The translations under genes and the position numbers were made by a program. A DNA stretch of 64,000 nucleotides, taken from NCBI GenBank assembly GCA_025201805.1, contig MU619288.1:1-64000 (forward strand), given 5' to 3'. Under the pieces are notes generated by a model. It was not told the DNA's origin, searched no databases, and saw nothing but the letters and a program-made list of their open reading frames with translations. Source of the DNA: Parasitella parasitica NRRL 2501. Taxonomy: Eukaryota; Fungi; Mucoromycota. Position 1 is the stretch's first letter. The number at the start of each line of letters is the position of its first letter. This document shows positions 1-10,735 of this stretch, piece after piece.

Positions 1-657
1 TCAGATTTTTAGTATTTTCCAAGTCTTTCTCGATGTTTCTTTTAGTAAAGCTCTTTTATAAACTGCTTAAAAGATATTAAAAATAACCTTAGACAATAAA
101 AAATATTCAGTAGAAAATCTACTATAGTGAATATATACAAGAATAATCAATTAACAGTATAAAGACACCAGTATTCAATGCATTAGGTACACTTTCATGT
201 CAAATAACATAAGAGTTTATCCAATGATATCACTTTATTTTGTCAAAATCTGAATTTCAATTATTTTAAATGGGAGACCTCCAAGCTGGTTTCCCAGGCG
301 AGTTTCCCAGCATACTTTTTTTAGATAACTCTTATTTATTAAACAGCCTAAGCAGGCTGTCTTTTAAATGTGGGACTCTAACTAGTGTCCTCAGGGTGTC
401 TCCTGTACCCTATAAATGCTTTTCCTTTCAGATATATTTTAACCACAATCCTGTTTTAAAAAAAAAAAAAAAAAACTTGGTTATAGGCAAGGCGAATCCA
501 ACAGCAAGTGTCTAACATAGACTAAATGACATCTCAGATATGGTCATGATTGATAATATGTTTGAAAACAAAGAAGCTGCATAAACTTGCTTGTTTTATT
601 GAGAAAAAAAGGGACTGAGATGTGTATACGGGGGGGGGGGGTTCCTTGTGAGTCAAT

Positions 658-3280
658 TTACTTTCTCAAGTCCTTGATACGAACAGCAACAGCGTTGCGG
701 TGGGCATCTAGTCCTTCAATTTCAGCTAAGCGCATGACAGTGTCAGCTAAAAGGTCCATTCCTTCAGCTGTGCATTCTTGAGAAGTAATGTGTTTAACAA
801 AGCCATTAGTGTTTACTCCAGAGTACATGCGAGAGTAGCCATAAGTAGGTAAGGTGTGATTGGTACCAGAGGCATAATCGCCAAAGCTTTCAGGTGAATA
901 TTGACCAACAAAGACACTACCAGCGTTTTTGACCAAAGGCACGGCACCAGGTGCGTCCTTTAGATGCAAAATCAAATGCTCAGGAGCATAATCATTACTA
1001 AACTCCATAGCTTCTTCCAAAGTTTTCATACTCAAGCTGAAGGAATGAGGGATTGACTTGCGAATAATATCACAGCGAGGTAGAGCCATGGCTTGATCGT
1101 GGACTTCATTTTCGATCTCTTTCAAGTGTTGCTCAGTTAAATCAACAGCCAACAATACAACTTGTGAGTCAGCACCATGTTCGGCTTGTGATAGGAGATC
1201 AGCAGCGACATAAGCAGGGTTGCTAGTCATATCAGCAATTACGAGCACCTCAGATGGACCTGCAGGCATGTCAATAGCAACAAGGCAGGATGTATCGTTT
1301 TGTGCGACCATTTTAGCAGCAGTAACATATTGGTTGCCGGGACCAAAAATTTTGTCTACCTTGGGAACGGTTTCGGTGCCATACGCCATGGCAGCAACGG
1401 CTTGAGCGCCGCCCGCCTTCAACACATGAGAAGCGCCGACCTTGTGAGCAACATACAAAACTTCAGGTACAACAGAGCCGTCCGATCTAGGTGGCGTTGC
1501 AATTACAATTTCACGGCAGCCAGCAACCTTGGCAGGAATGCCAAGCATGAGAGTAGTAGAGGGCAAAATGGCAGTTCCGCCTGGTACGTAAAGACCAACA
1601 CGTTCAATAGGACGAGTGAAGCGAGAACAGACAACTCCAGGCATAGTCTCGACCACTAAAGTCTCTTTATCCAACTGAGCATCATGGAATTTGTAGATAT
1701 TATCATACGCTTGGTCGATAGCCTTTTTGGTAACGGGATCAAGTTCCATCTGAGCAGGATCAAATGGTGCAGTAATAATTTGGGTTTCTAGACTAACACG
1801 ATCGAATTGGCGAGTGAAATCCAATACAGCAGCATCACCACGGTGTCTGACTTGCTGCATGATAGGAGTAACACGCTTGATGATCTCAGTAGAGTCGATA
1901 ATGGGGCGCAATAAAAGCTCGTTTCGTTTCTTCACAGAGATACTCTCTAAATCAAACTTCATCATTTCAATACGGCCATTGTTGAGGACAGGCTCCGTAG
2001 CAGGGGCGGCGTTGCAGGCGGCTGGTAAAGAGGTCTTTTCTTCCCACTTGGGTTTGGCATTGCCCGCACGACGAGTAACTTTTCTGGCCTTCTTGTTCAA
2101 ATTGTTTTCGATATCAGCCAAGGAAACGCCAGCACTGACACATTTAGTCAGGGCAAAGTAAATCAAATCTGCAGCCTCCCAAGCAACATCCTCTTTCTCG
2201 GTAGCATCGCATAATTCCTCCGCTTCCTCCATTATTTTGGCACGCAATAATTTAGCATCAGTAAACAAGCGAGCAGTATACGACCCTTCAGGAGCGTTGC
2301 TTTTTCTTGCCCTCAAAGTCTTTTCAAGAGCGGTAAGGCCAGAGTCTGCGCCAAAACAGGTACGAGTATTCAAATGACAGAAGCCTAATTGAAAAAAAAA
2401 AAAAATAAAAAATAAAAATGCAATTCAATCATCCAAAGCGAATTAAACAAAGTGGGTGTTTCCTTTTACCTGCCCCATGTTGCTCTACGACAAAACGCAA
2501 CGCATCGCCATCGCAGTCGTAGTCAATACGCTTCAGGGTTTGAGTAGCACCTGACGTAAGGCCCTTGTGCCAGAGACCACGTTCACGGGACTGATATACT
2601 CCCTGTCCAAGACGAATCGACTCGGCGACACTTTGCTTACTCGAGTAGACCAAGCCGAGCGCCTTGTTGAATTCGTCAACTACGATTGTCGTGTAAAGCC
2701 CATCTGGGCGATCAGTCTTTGCAGTTGCTAAAAATGCTTCGGCAATGTTCAACTTGCTGGCATCGTCAGTGGCAGTCGTTAAAAGAGAAGCAGGAACCAA
2801 CACATCGACATGCTCAGCGCCCAATTTTGCGATAGTATCAATCGAGACACCACTACCCAATTGAATGGCAAATGTTTTTTTACCACCGTGTGCCAAAAGA
2901 CCAGTGCTTTCAGCAGCAATTCTTTTGACAGAGTCGACGTCGGATGTAGCGACGATAACAGTAGAAACGCCTTTGACCGAAACAGGGCTAGTGGCTGAAA
3001 CAGCGATACGGTCTTCAGAGACCATGCCCATCAGTTCTTGCTCTATCTGCTCATACACTTCCAGGTCGAAAATGACCTTGAACACACCAACGTCCCACAG
3101 CTGTACAGCTTCATCGATTGACTTGGCATATGCCCAGTAAAGAGTAGACCCAGTCTGGCTGATTAATGATTTGATTTGATCGACTTGGCCATTGCTGAGA
3201 ATCACAGAGCCAAAAAACGAGAGACAGGAATACAGAGGTGCTTGAGAAGCGTCACCCAAATCAATGGAAGGTACAAACAT
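658..3280 (-). CDS. HIS4: Trifunctional histidine biosynthesis protein (PR-AMP cyclohydrolase / PR-ATP pyrophosphatase / histidinol dehydrogenase); 2 exons, intron 2385-2469
   Basis: Motifs [20 protein letters not shown] (HisI), [17 protein letters not shown] (HisE) and [41 protein letters not shown] (HisD). A GT..AG intron joins ORFs 2429-3376 and 658-2373 in frame. ATG at 3280. Confidence 0.96.
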
Positions 3281-3783
3281 TGGTCCTTTTTTCTTAAAAT
3301 GTAAAAAAGAAGATGTCAAAGATCTATTTTTGTTCACAGATGAAAGTATGTCAGTTTTTGCCTCTTGGCCAGTCACGATGTGTCATGATAACTCTTTTTT
3401 TTTTTTTTGTTTCTCATATCATAGGAAATAGATCGTCTGTCAAATGGCCCTAACGACGCTCTGGGAAAGACAAAGGGACGTTTGATTAACCCTGTTTCAG
3501 GGTTTTTGGTTTTGGTTTTGGGTGACAATCACAAATCGGAATCTGCCAGGTCACAAGGGCCGTAGAGATATACTGTATCTGGCCTATGAGCCATCGAGTG
3601 TTTGAGGTGCCTGACAAACAATATCAAACATTTGACAAAGAATAGCCTTTGTTGAGAAATGTCTAGATGCAATTAAAAAGCGTAATCCTGAACAGATTGA
3701 TCAGTGGCCCCAAGTTATGCTACGGTATACGGTAAAAGATGCGCTTCATTGCGCAGTCAGAAATGACTTGTCCGCAATGTTGA

Positions 3784-3789
3784 ACGCGT
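3784..3789. promoter_or_regulatory. MCB-like element (ACGCGT) about 60 bp upstream of ORF 3849
   Basis: Exact MluI-box hexamer in an AT-rich promoter. Confidence 0.4.
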
Positions 3790-3848
3790 CGCTGTCTACT
3801 GTATTTTTTTTTTTTTTTTCACCATTCTTTCATTAAAAACATACTCAA

Positions 3849-4499
3849 ATGGCAACGCTAGATGCATTCCTCACTAGAGGGAAAAAGAAAGACCAGTTAC
3901 TTGCACAAGATACAAAAGTCAAGCATGCATTTATCAATCCATTTACAACAGCAGTGAAGAAGCCTGCGCCATCACTCAAAGCATCGCCCAAGCCGGCGAA
4001 AAGCCAAAGCAAAACTATAGCTCAGTATTTCACGCCTATGGATGTGGATGTAGAGATGGAAGAGCAGCCAGCAGAGGTCTGCACCATCCGACATAAGATG
4101 CCTGTTACGCACTTATGGAATTTGATGCAATACGAACTGGATCAAGATCCCTTCTACAGCCAGAATTTCGAACAAAATGAACGATCAATGAAAAGACAAG
4201 AGACCCCTATTCCAACAACAGCCTCAACACACTGTAGCCATCGTAGGCGACGAAGGCAAAGCGACACTGACCAAAATACAGCCCAAAAACGGCACAAAAA
4301 GACAGACAATGAACTATCTAGTATCATGACAAGATTTTTGATGATGGACACTGGTGTTAAACATCGACCTACTAGCATGGAGTTTATGGACGAGTTTTCA
4401 GAAGAAATCGAAGATTTAACAAGACCAATTCGTCATAAACAGACATCGCAAGAATCACAACTATTTGTGCATTACATAGCACAAGAATTACTTTACTGA
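3849..4499 (+). CDS. Hypothetical, largely disordered 216-aa protein with two PIP-box-like motifs and an NLS-like basic patch
   Basis: Single-exon ORF, AAAATGG start context, AATAAA at about 4586. Motifs MATLDAFLTRGK, SKTIAQYF and HRRRRRQ. Confidence 0.75.
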   Translation: MATLDAFLTRGKKKDQLLAQDTKVKHAFINPFTTAVKKPAPSLKASPKPAKSQSKTIAQYFTPMDVDVEMEEQPAEVCTIRHKMPVTHLWNLMQYELDQDPFYSQNFEQNERSMKRQETPIPTTASTHCSHRRRRRQSDTDQNTAQKRHKKTDNELSSIMTRFLMMDTGVKHRPTSMEFMDEFSEEIEDLTRPIRHKQTSQESQLFVHYIAQELLY

Positions 4500-4864
4500 T
4501 ACCCGTTATTTTTACTCACTTGGATTATTTACAATTATATATTTGTGTCAAGATTTACTCTTTTAAAATTGTATCACCCGTCTTGAATAAAGGTTTTATA
4601 TATGCATACAAGTTTATCTACTGCGTTACGGACATATTTATGAAGACCTCAGGCACAATAAAATTGAGCTGCTAAAATGGTTTGCAGAGAGCTTCCAACC
4701 ATCGAAAATAGGTGATAAACAGGATGCAGTCATTGACATTGCCCACGCTTGATTAAATAATTGGTATTCTTTATTATGCACTTTATTGTTTTCTTTAAAA
4801 TGTCCCTTGTCCTTGACGAGAAATCCTGTGATAGCGAACAGTGAGAAATAGACAGTGTTTTATC

Positions 4865-5755
4865 TCAAAATTGAAAATCCCAAATTTCCAGCTCTATACA
4901 TTCAAATGAAGGGTTCTTACTCAACATTGGATTATTAAAAGTTAGGCAAGGCTGGCTGTAGCCATGTGTCAGATCAGAATGCAACCAAAGCCCAAAGCAT
5001 CCTTGACCACCACCTATTGCAAAAAAGTCTTGATCCCCATAAATCAGGTAATCGTTGAGCATGGTCCAATGGTACACGTCTACTTGCTTTGTGGATTTGT
5101 TTTGTTTCCATAAAAAGCTAATATATTTGCAATGGTTTTTTTTTCTCTTCTTATTAGTACACTACGCTGGTAGGGAGAAACACTGAATTCAATCCTTACC
5201 ATTCACCTGTACCATAGCAGCTTGTATCAATGTGGACACCCTCTGACAAATACGCACCAAACACTTCATCCTGGCTATCTCGAATGACCAGCAAACATGG
5301 TCCATTGTTGAAACATTTCCGGTACAAGGTATTCAAACTTGCTCCATGCTGATCTAAGCTGTAGAGCAATGACCACGTTGATGCAACACTTATTCGGTTA
5401 GGTAACCATTGCTGAATCTAATGACAATGTGCGTAAGAAACAAAAGATTTTGTGTACAGCATAGTGAAATTTTACTCGTTCGCACGTTTATGGCTAACAT
5501 GTAATCAAGACATGCACTGGTTGCAATTGACCGATGGATGAACTTTATAGGGGGCGTTGATTTTATTAGTGGCGTCGATTTACTTTTTACCACTAAACCA
5601 TCCTTGCCCAAATACTTTTTCATTTCATACATTGAAGAGTAGCGCTTCATGCTTGATAATGCAATTGGAGAGGATGCGTTTGTGTAAAATTGGGTGCATT
5701 CGATCGTGGACGGCGTCAATCTTGAAGAGGGCGAATTGTTGAATTTTATCGACAT
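4865..5755 (-). CDS. TLDc-domain (OXR1/NCOA7-like) protein, multi-exon
   Basis: Spliced product contains WSLLYSLDQHGASLNTLY..GPCLLVIRDSQDEVFGAYLS..GTGECFLW..NDYLIYG..FAIGGGQG.FGLWL..LTHGYSQPCLTFNN..FECIELEIW. Confidence 0.9.
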
Positions 5756-6087
5756 TATGGTGAGTATTTTAGTGGGTTAAAGACAAAATGTACACAGTGT
5801 GTGTCCAAGAGCCTTTTATATTGTTTATTTTTTTGTTCTGTTTTTCTATAATAATGACGCTTTCTTGGATTTTCTGCCCCTTCCAATAGCGGGTTGAACC
5901 GATCTTATTGTTTAGATTTCACTGACCACCATCGCTATTTAACGTTTATTTATGACAAGGAAACATGCAAACATGCGCAAAATGAACTACGAATAATGAG
6001 CTATTATCTTTTTTGAATAAATAGCGCAGTGTTTATGTACCACAGCGAACGATCTTCTTGCTTGTTCCACCACCCCTTTTTAACGTT

Positions 6088-8600
6088 TCATTTCAAAGAA
6101 AGCACTTTGACCACACCTTTGCTATTTGCTGCTACTAGTTTCATAGTACCCTTTTTCCAGCAGACTGAGCTAATGAATATGCTTTCGTCCTCATGTTCCT
6201 AAGGACCGTGTTCAATGTACAGTTTGTCGAATAAAAATATCCAGAATCTTACATTACCAGGAAACGAGTATGTCGCAATAGGTTTGTCTGCATTTTTGTG
6301 GTACGTAAAAACGGTGTTGCATTCACTGCCGCAGGAAATCCAATCTCCATCTGTGCTTAAACCAACAAAATTCTTCTCATTTTGATGTCCTTCGTAGCTT
6401 CGTTTGCATGTTCTCGATTCTCTGTCCCATAATTTTAATGTACTGTCTGTGGATCTATAATCCCTGGTCAGCACCGATATCAACGTGTATTATACAGACT
6501 ATACTTGCGCAGACACAATCTCATCATCATTCAGCCATTTAACATACGACACTGCTTTCTTGTGGCCAATGAATCGGCTCATTGGATGCGCTGGATATCT
6601 CAAGTCATAACAAGAGATGTGGTGATCTAGAACACACAATCTTAGATCACAGAAAAGGGATGTCTCGTTTCCAAGACTTACCTGCACTACCGACGGCTAA
6701 ATAGTAGCTGTTGTTTGGAGCAAACTTAGCGCAGCATACGTTTCCTTTTTGTTCCAATGTGTGAACTGCTTTATTTTGCGATAATGACCAAACTCTCACT
6801 GTACTATCATCACTGCCACTTGCCAATAGCGTGGGATTGGTTTCACAATAGTCTACACTCCAGGCACGTTTTGTGTGTTCGCTAAACGTGTGCACCTTGC
6901 GCCCCGTGGAGCAATCCCAAATATCAATGAGGCCTTCATAATCGGAGGATGCAAGCTGTGATTTTATGTACGGCGACCAAGATAAACAACTAACTTTATG
7001 TCCACACATGAGGACCCGTAAAGGGTAATGGCCAGTCGAATATCCCATCATATTGAAATCAAACAGCTTGATTTCCTTGGTTACGCCTCCCACTGCAACC
7101 AGTTCTTGATCCCGATCGAAGCCTATTGTAGAGACTATAGAGCTGATTTGTCGATTGCCATCAGTGTAGCTAATCGTGTCTATAAGATCGAATTGGTTGT
7201 AGCGAGTCAATTCGTAGATCGAGGTGGATAATTCAGTCAATAGCTTTCTTCCTGCCAGACACAAGATTGGCTTTTGAGATTACACAATATTGGTCGAAAA
7301 TTACCATAGACTTACGTTTATTCATATTGTCATTTGGCGATAATAATGAATGATACATGCTGCGTAGATCGTCAAATCTATCATTCAGGCGGTGGTACAA
7401 AGGCGGCGACTGTTCATCTTGTATTTGGTAATGCCGACGTTCTGATTCGACTAGTTCGTCTTTTATAACACCTTCGTTCTCAACGCTGCCTCTTACGTCG
7501 TCCTTATCGTCAAGTTCGTCGTCTGTGCTTAATATCTTGACAAAAAAAAACCCCCATTAATTGTACGAACCCTGGCTGTAAACTGGCACTTACCAACTTT
7601 CGCTTTCTATGGTCGTGTGGGGGGCTGCTGTCTTGATAGACCAAATTCTGAAGGTCTGAATTTATGCAGTTGTTTTCATTCAGCAAGGAGCGAACAGTCT
7701 AGCAGAGGTTGTCAGAAATTCACAGCTGCTAAACTTCCACGAAGCCAATTACTGTTTGGTTCTTTTTCTCTAATTTCTCTAAAAATGCCACGAGCAGTTC
7801 TTGCTTGATCCTGGTTTCATCCCTTTCGATTCTTTGTCGCTGTGAAAGAGCTGTTTCAAACACTGATTTCAAATCTAGAGTGGAAAAAATAGCACGATTT
7901 TTTTTATTTTTTATTAATAAGACACAATCTCACCCGTGGTGAATTCACTCACCTTGGCAAGAGAGTGAATTGGCCAGCGTATTTGCGATTGAATCGTTGC
8001 TTTTATTGCTTGCTATGATGAGTTTTTCTATCGGGTCAAGATGCTGATTGACAGGTTGACTTTCTTTAATAGATCGAATTCGGTATGCTGCGAGTTTGTT
8101 TACTACGGCGCATTCAATATCCATAATCAGTAAGAATAACACACACACACACACGCACACACAAGAACGTAACCAACACTTACATTGAAAATTAGGGAAA
8201 ATATTGGTCTTGTTCAATGCTGAGCGGCATATTGGACAATCAGATTGATTGTCCAAGTGGAGCGAGAGGCATCCATGGCTTGGCTTGTTTTAGCGTCGTA
8301 TTTCCATAAATATCAAGTAACAAGAGAAAGAGCTTACCAAAACGAATGGCCACAATGGGTTACATATACCTCCTTCATCAGATCCTGACATATTGGGCTT
8401 GTGAATAAGTGTATTAGCCCTATTTCCAAGACAATGCATACATCAAGTTACCATGCAAGCTCCTCGTCTATCTTTCCTGTTTCCTCTGGCTTCTCGGTTT
8501 GCTGACGCGAGCCACCCAGCAGTGATAGGATAGATGGCCAGCGGTTCTGCTGACTATCGGATTCGGTTCTGTCAGTGTCTTCACCGCCGTCAGAAGACAT
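6088..8600 (-). CDS. COP1: COP1/RFWD2-like E3 ubiquitin ligase (RING-HC, coiled coil, WD40), multi-exon
   Basis: RING CPIC..CGHSFC..C..CPIC; coiled-coil exon at 7753-7876; COP1-type WD40 signatures IVSTIGFDRD.ELVAVGGVTKEIKLFDF, LASSDYEG, EHTKRAWSVD, LASGSDD, GHKKAVSYVK, GHQNEKNFVGL, CGSE, AANSKG.VKVL. Confidence 0.92.
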
Positions 8601-9242
8601 GTCTTTCAACGAGAATAGTAATAATAAGAATAAGAACAATAAAAAAAAAAAAAAAAAAGATATATTTGCATTTGTTTTGCCTGCGAATGTATGCCACTGA
8701 GGACTACACGCACAGGTTCTGAGTTTGTCCAAGCCTGGTTCATCCAATTTGCTTGACACATCAAGAAGGCTAATAAAAAAGCAGACTGTAGAAACAGTAG
8801 AAAAAAAAAGGGGGGGGGGGAGGAAAAAAAAAGAGAGAAAATACCAATTCTACTGGCAAAAACAAAGTGTTGATTTGTTGCAAATCAAATCAACAAACTA
8901 TTCCCTGGCAGAATTATCTTTTTGAGCTGAAAAACTATTGTTGGGAACTTGATTTCGCAGTTTTCATCACAAACGTTGATTGTAAAAAAAATGATGGAAA
9001 CGACTAGAGCAAATGAGCCTGATAGTTGATGCATTTGCCGTTATTTGCCTGTTTGTTTATAGCACTTTGGCCAGGGCTTGTTATTCCAGACATGTCTACA
9101 TTTCTAACCTTCAACTCGCCCAATCTACCCAAAAAGAGTAGATATCGGAAACTCAATGCGATATGGTCGGTTATCTTGAGAAACTCAATTTAAATTTCTT
9201 CTTTTTTCCTCCTTCCTTTGCGAACCGTTTAGTTGCTTACAA

Positions 9243-10331
9243 ATGAATCGTTTTTACAAGCTGATAGTCTTTACGTTGCTGGTTTCTCTTGTAAAAGCTC
9301 AGTTGGACAATCCAGTCGAAGAGGTATGTCCTTTTTAGTAGCTCCAGCTGGCGCAGAGAAAAAAGGGGGGTTTTTTTTTTTCTAAACAGAAATACTTCAA
9401 GCTTTTAGATGCCACTAATGTCGACCCAACAGAGCAACAGTCTGATATCAACTGGAGCCGCAGCGAGACATCAGAAGCAGACACGATTGAAAAGAAATCA
9501 TTCATCATTTCTCTGCTAATGATTATTGTCTCTGAAATTGGCGACAAGACTTTTTTAATTGCGGCCATCATGGCGATGAAACACTCTAGGCTTGTTGTGT
9601 TTAGTGCTGCCTTCTCTTCCCTGGTAATCATGTCGGTATTGTCAGCGTTCCTGGGCCACGTCGTCCCCAATCTGATCCCCAAGGAATACACTGATGCGTG
9701 TGCTGCCTTGCTCTTCTTGTGTTTCGGTTTGCGCATGATATACGAAGCCTACCACATGGAGAAAGGCGCAGAGAACGAAGAGATGATGGAAGTCGAAGCA
9801 GAATTGAAGACAGTGGAGGATCGTGATAGAGCCAGCAAGTTGGAGGAAATGGAGGTTGGGGGTTTAGAGGCTGCTGCAGATGCCAACAAAGGACAGCAGG
9901 CTAAAGAAGGGTTGATGAATTTGATGCAGCTGGTGTTCTCACCTGTCTTTGTGCAAACTTTTGTTTTAACCTTTCTGGGCGAATGGGGCGATCGCTCTCA
10001 GATCTCTACAATTGCTTTGGCGGCTGCTAATGTAAGTCTACTTTGAATCTAGCACCGTGTCGAAAATTAACATCTTGAGCATCAGAACGTTTACTATGTC
10101 ACTGCTGGCGTGGTTATTGGCCATGGTATGTGTACTGCACTTGCGGTTATCGGTGGCCGTATGCTGGCATCCAAGATTTCTGTTAGAACAGGTAGGGAAA
10201 ACAAAAGGGAGGCATGCTTTGTTTATTTATAGACTAAATGTTTGCGATTAGTTACTTTTGCGGGCGCTATCCTGTTCCTTGTTTTTGGCCTATTTTATAG
10301 CGTCAATGCGTATAATGGGCTTCAAGAATAA
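9243..10331 (+). CDS. GDT1: GDT1/TMEM165 (UPF0016) Ca2+/Mn2+ antiporter, 4 exons
   Basis: Two EhGD(K/R)(T/S) motifs (EIGDKT, EWGDRS), an N-terminal signal-like exon and an acidic loop. Confidence 0.93.
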
Positions 10332-10735
10332 CTATATATTTTATGTGTACATACATGGCATTTCCTCTTTGTTTCTATCCTTTAGATCCGCTCATTTTTC
10401 TATTTTATTGCAGCTCGCATATGGAATAAATATCCGATTTTTTATCTTTGCTGGTGTAACCTTTCTAGATTACCAACAATTCGCGGGAAAAGGCTGGTAA
10501 AACGTCTGCCTATCTATTTTTTTTTTAAAAAAGAGGACGGCATATCTATACCAAGTATTTTNNNNNNNNNNNNNNNNNNNNNNNNNNNNNNNNNNNNNNN
10601 NNNNNNNNNNNNNNNNNNNNNNNNNNNNNNNNNNNNNNNNNNNNNNNNNNNNNNNNNNNNNNNNNNNNNNNNNNNNNNNNNNNNNNNNNNNNNNNNNNNN
10701 NNNNNNNNNNNNNNNNNNNNNNNNNNNNNNNNNNN

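Noticed and set aside
343-360. 7-bp hairpin ACAGCCT/AGGCTGT near CTAG (possible Helitron end)
   Set aside because: Short stem, atypical spacing, and context cut off by the window edge.
2374-2469. HIS4 apparently split into two genes
   Set aside because: An intron at 2385-2469 joins the parts in frame.
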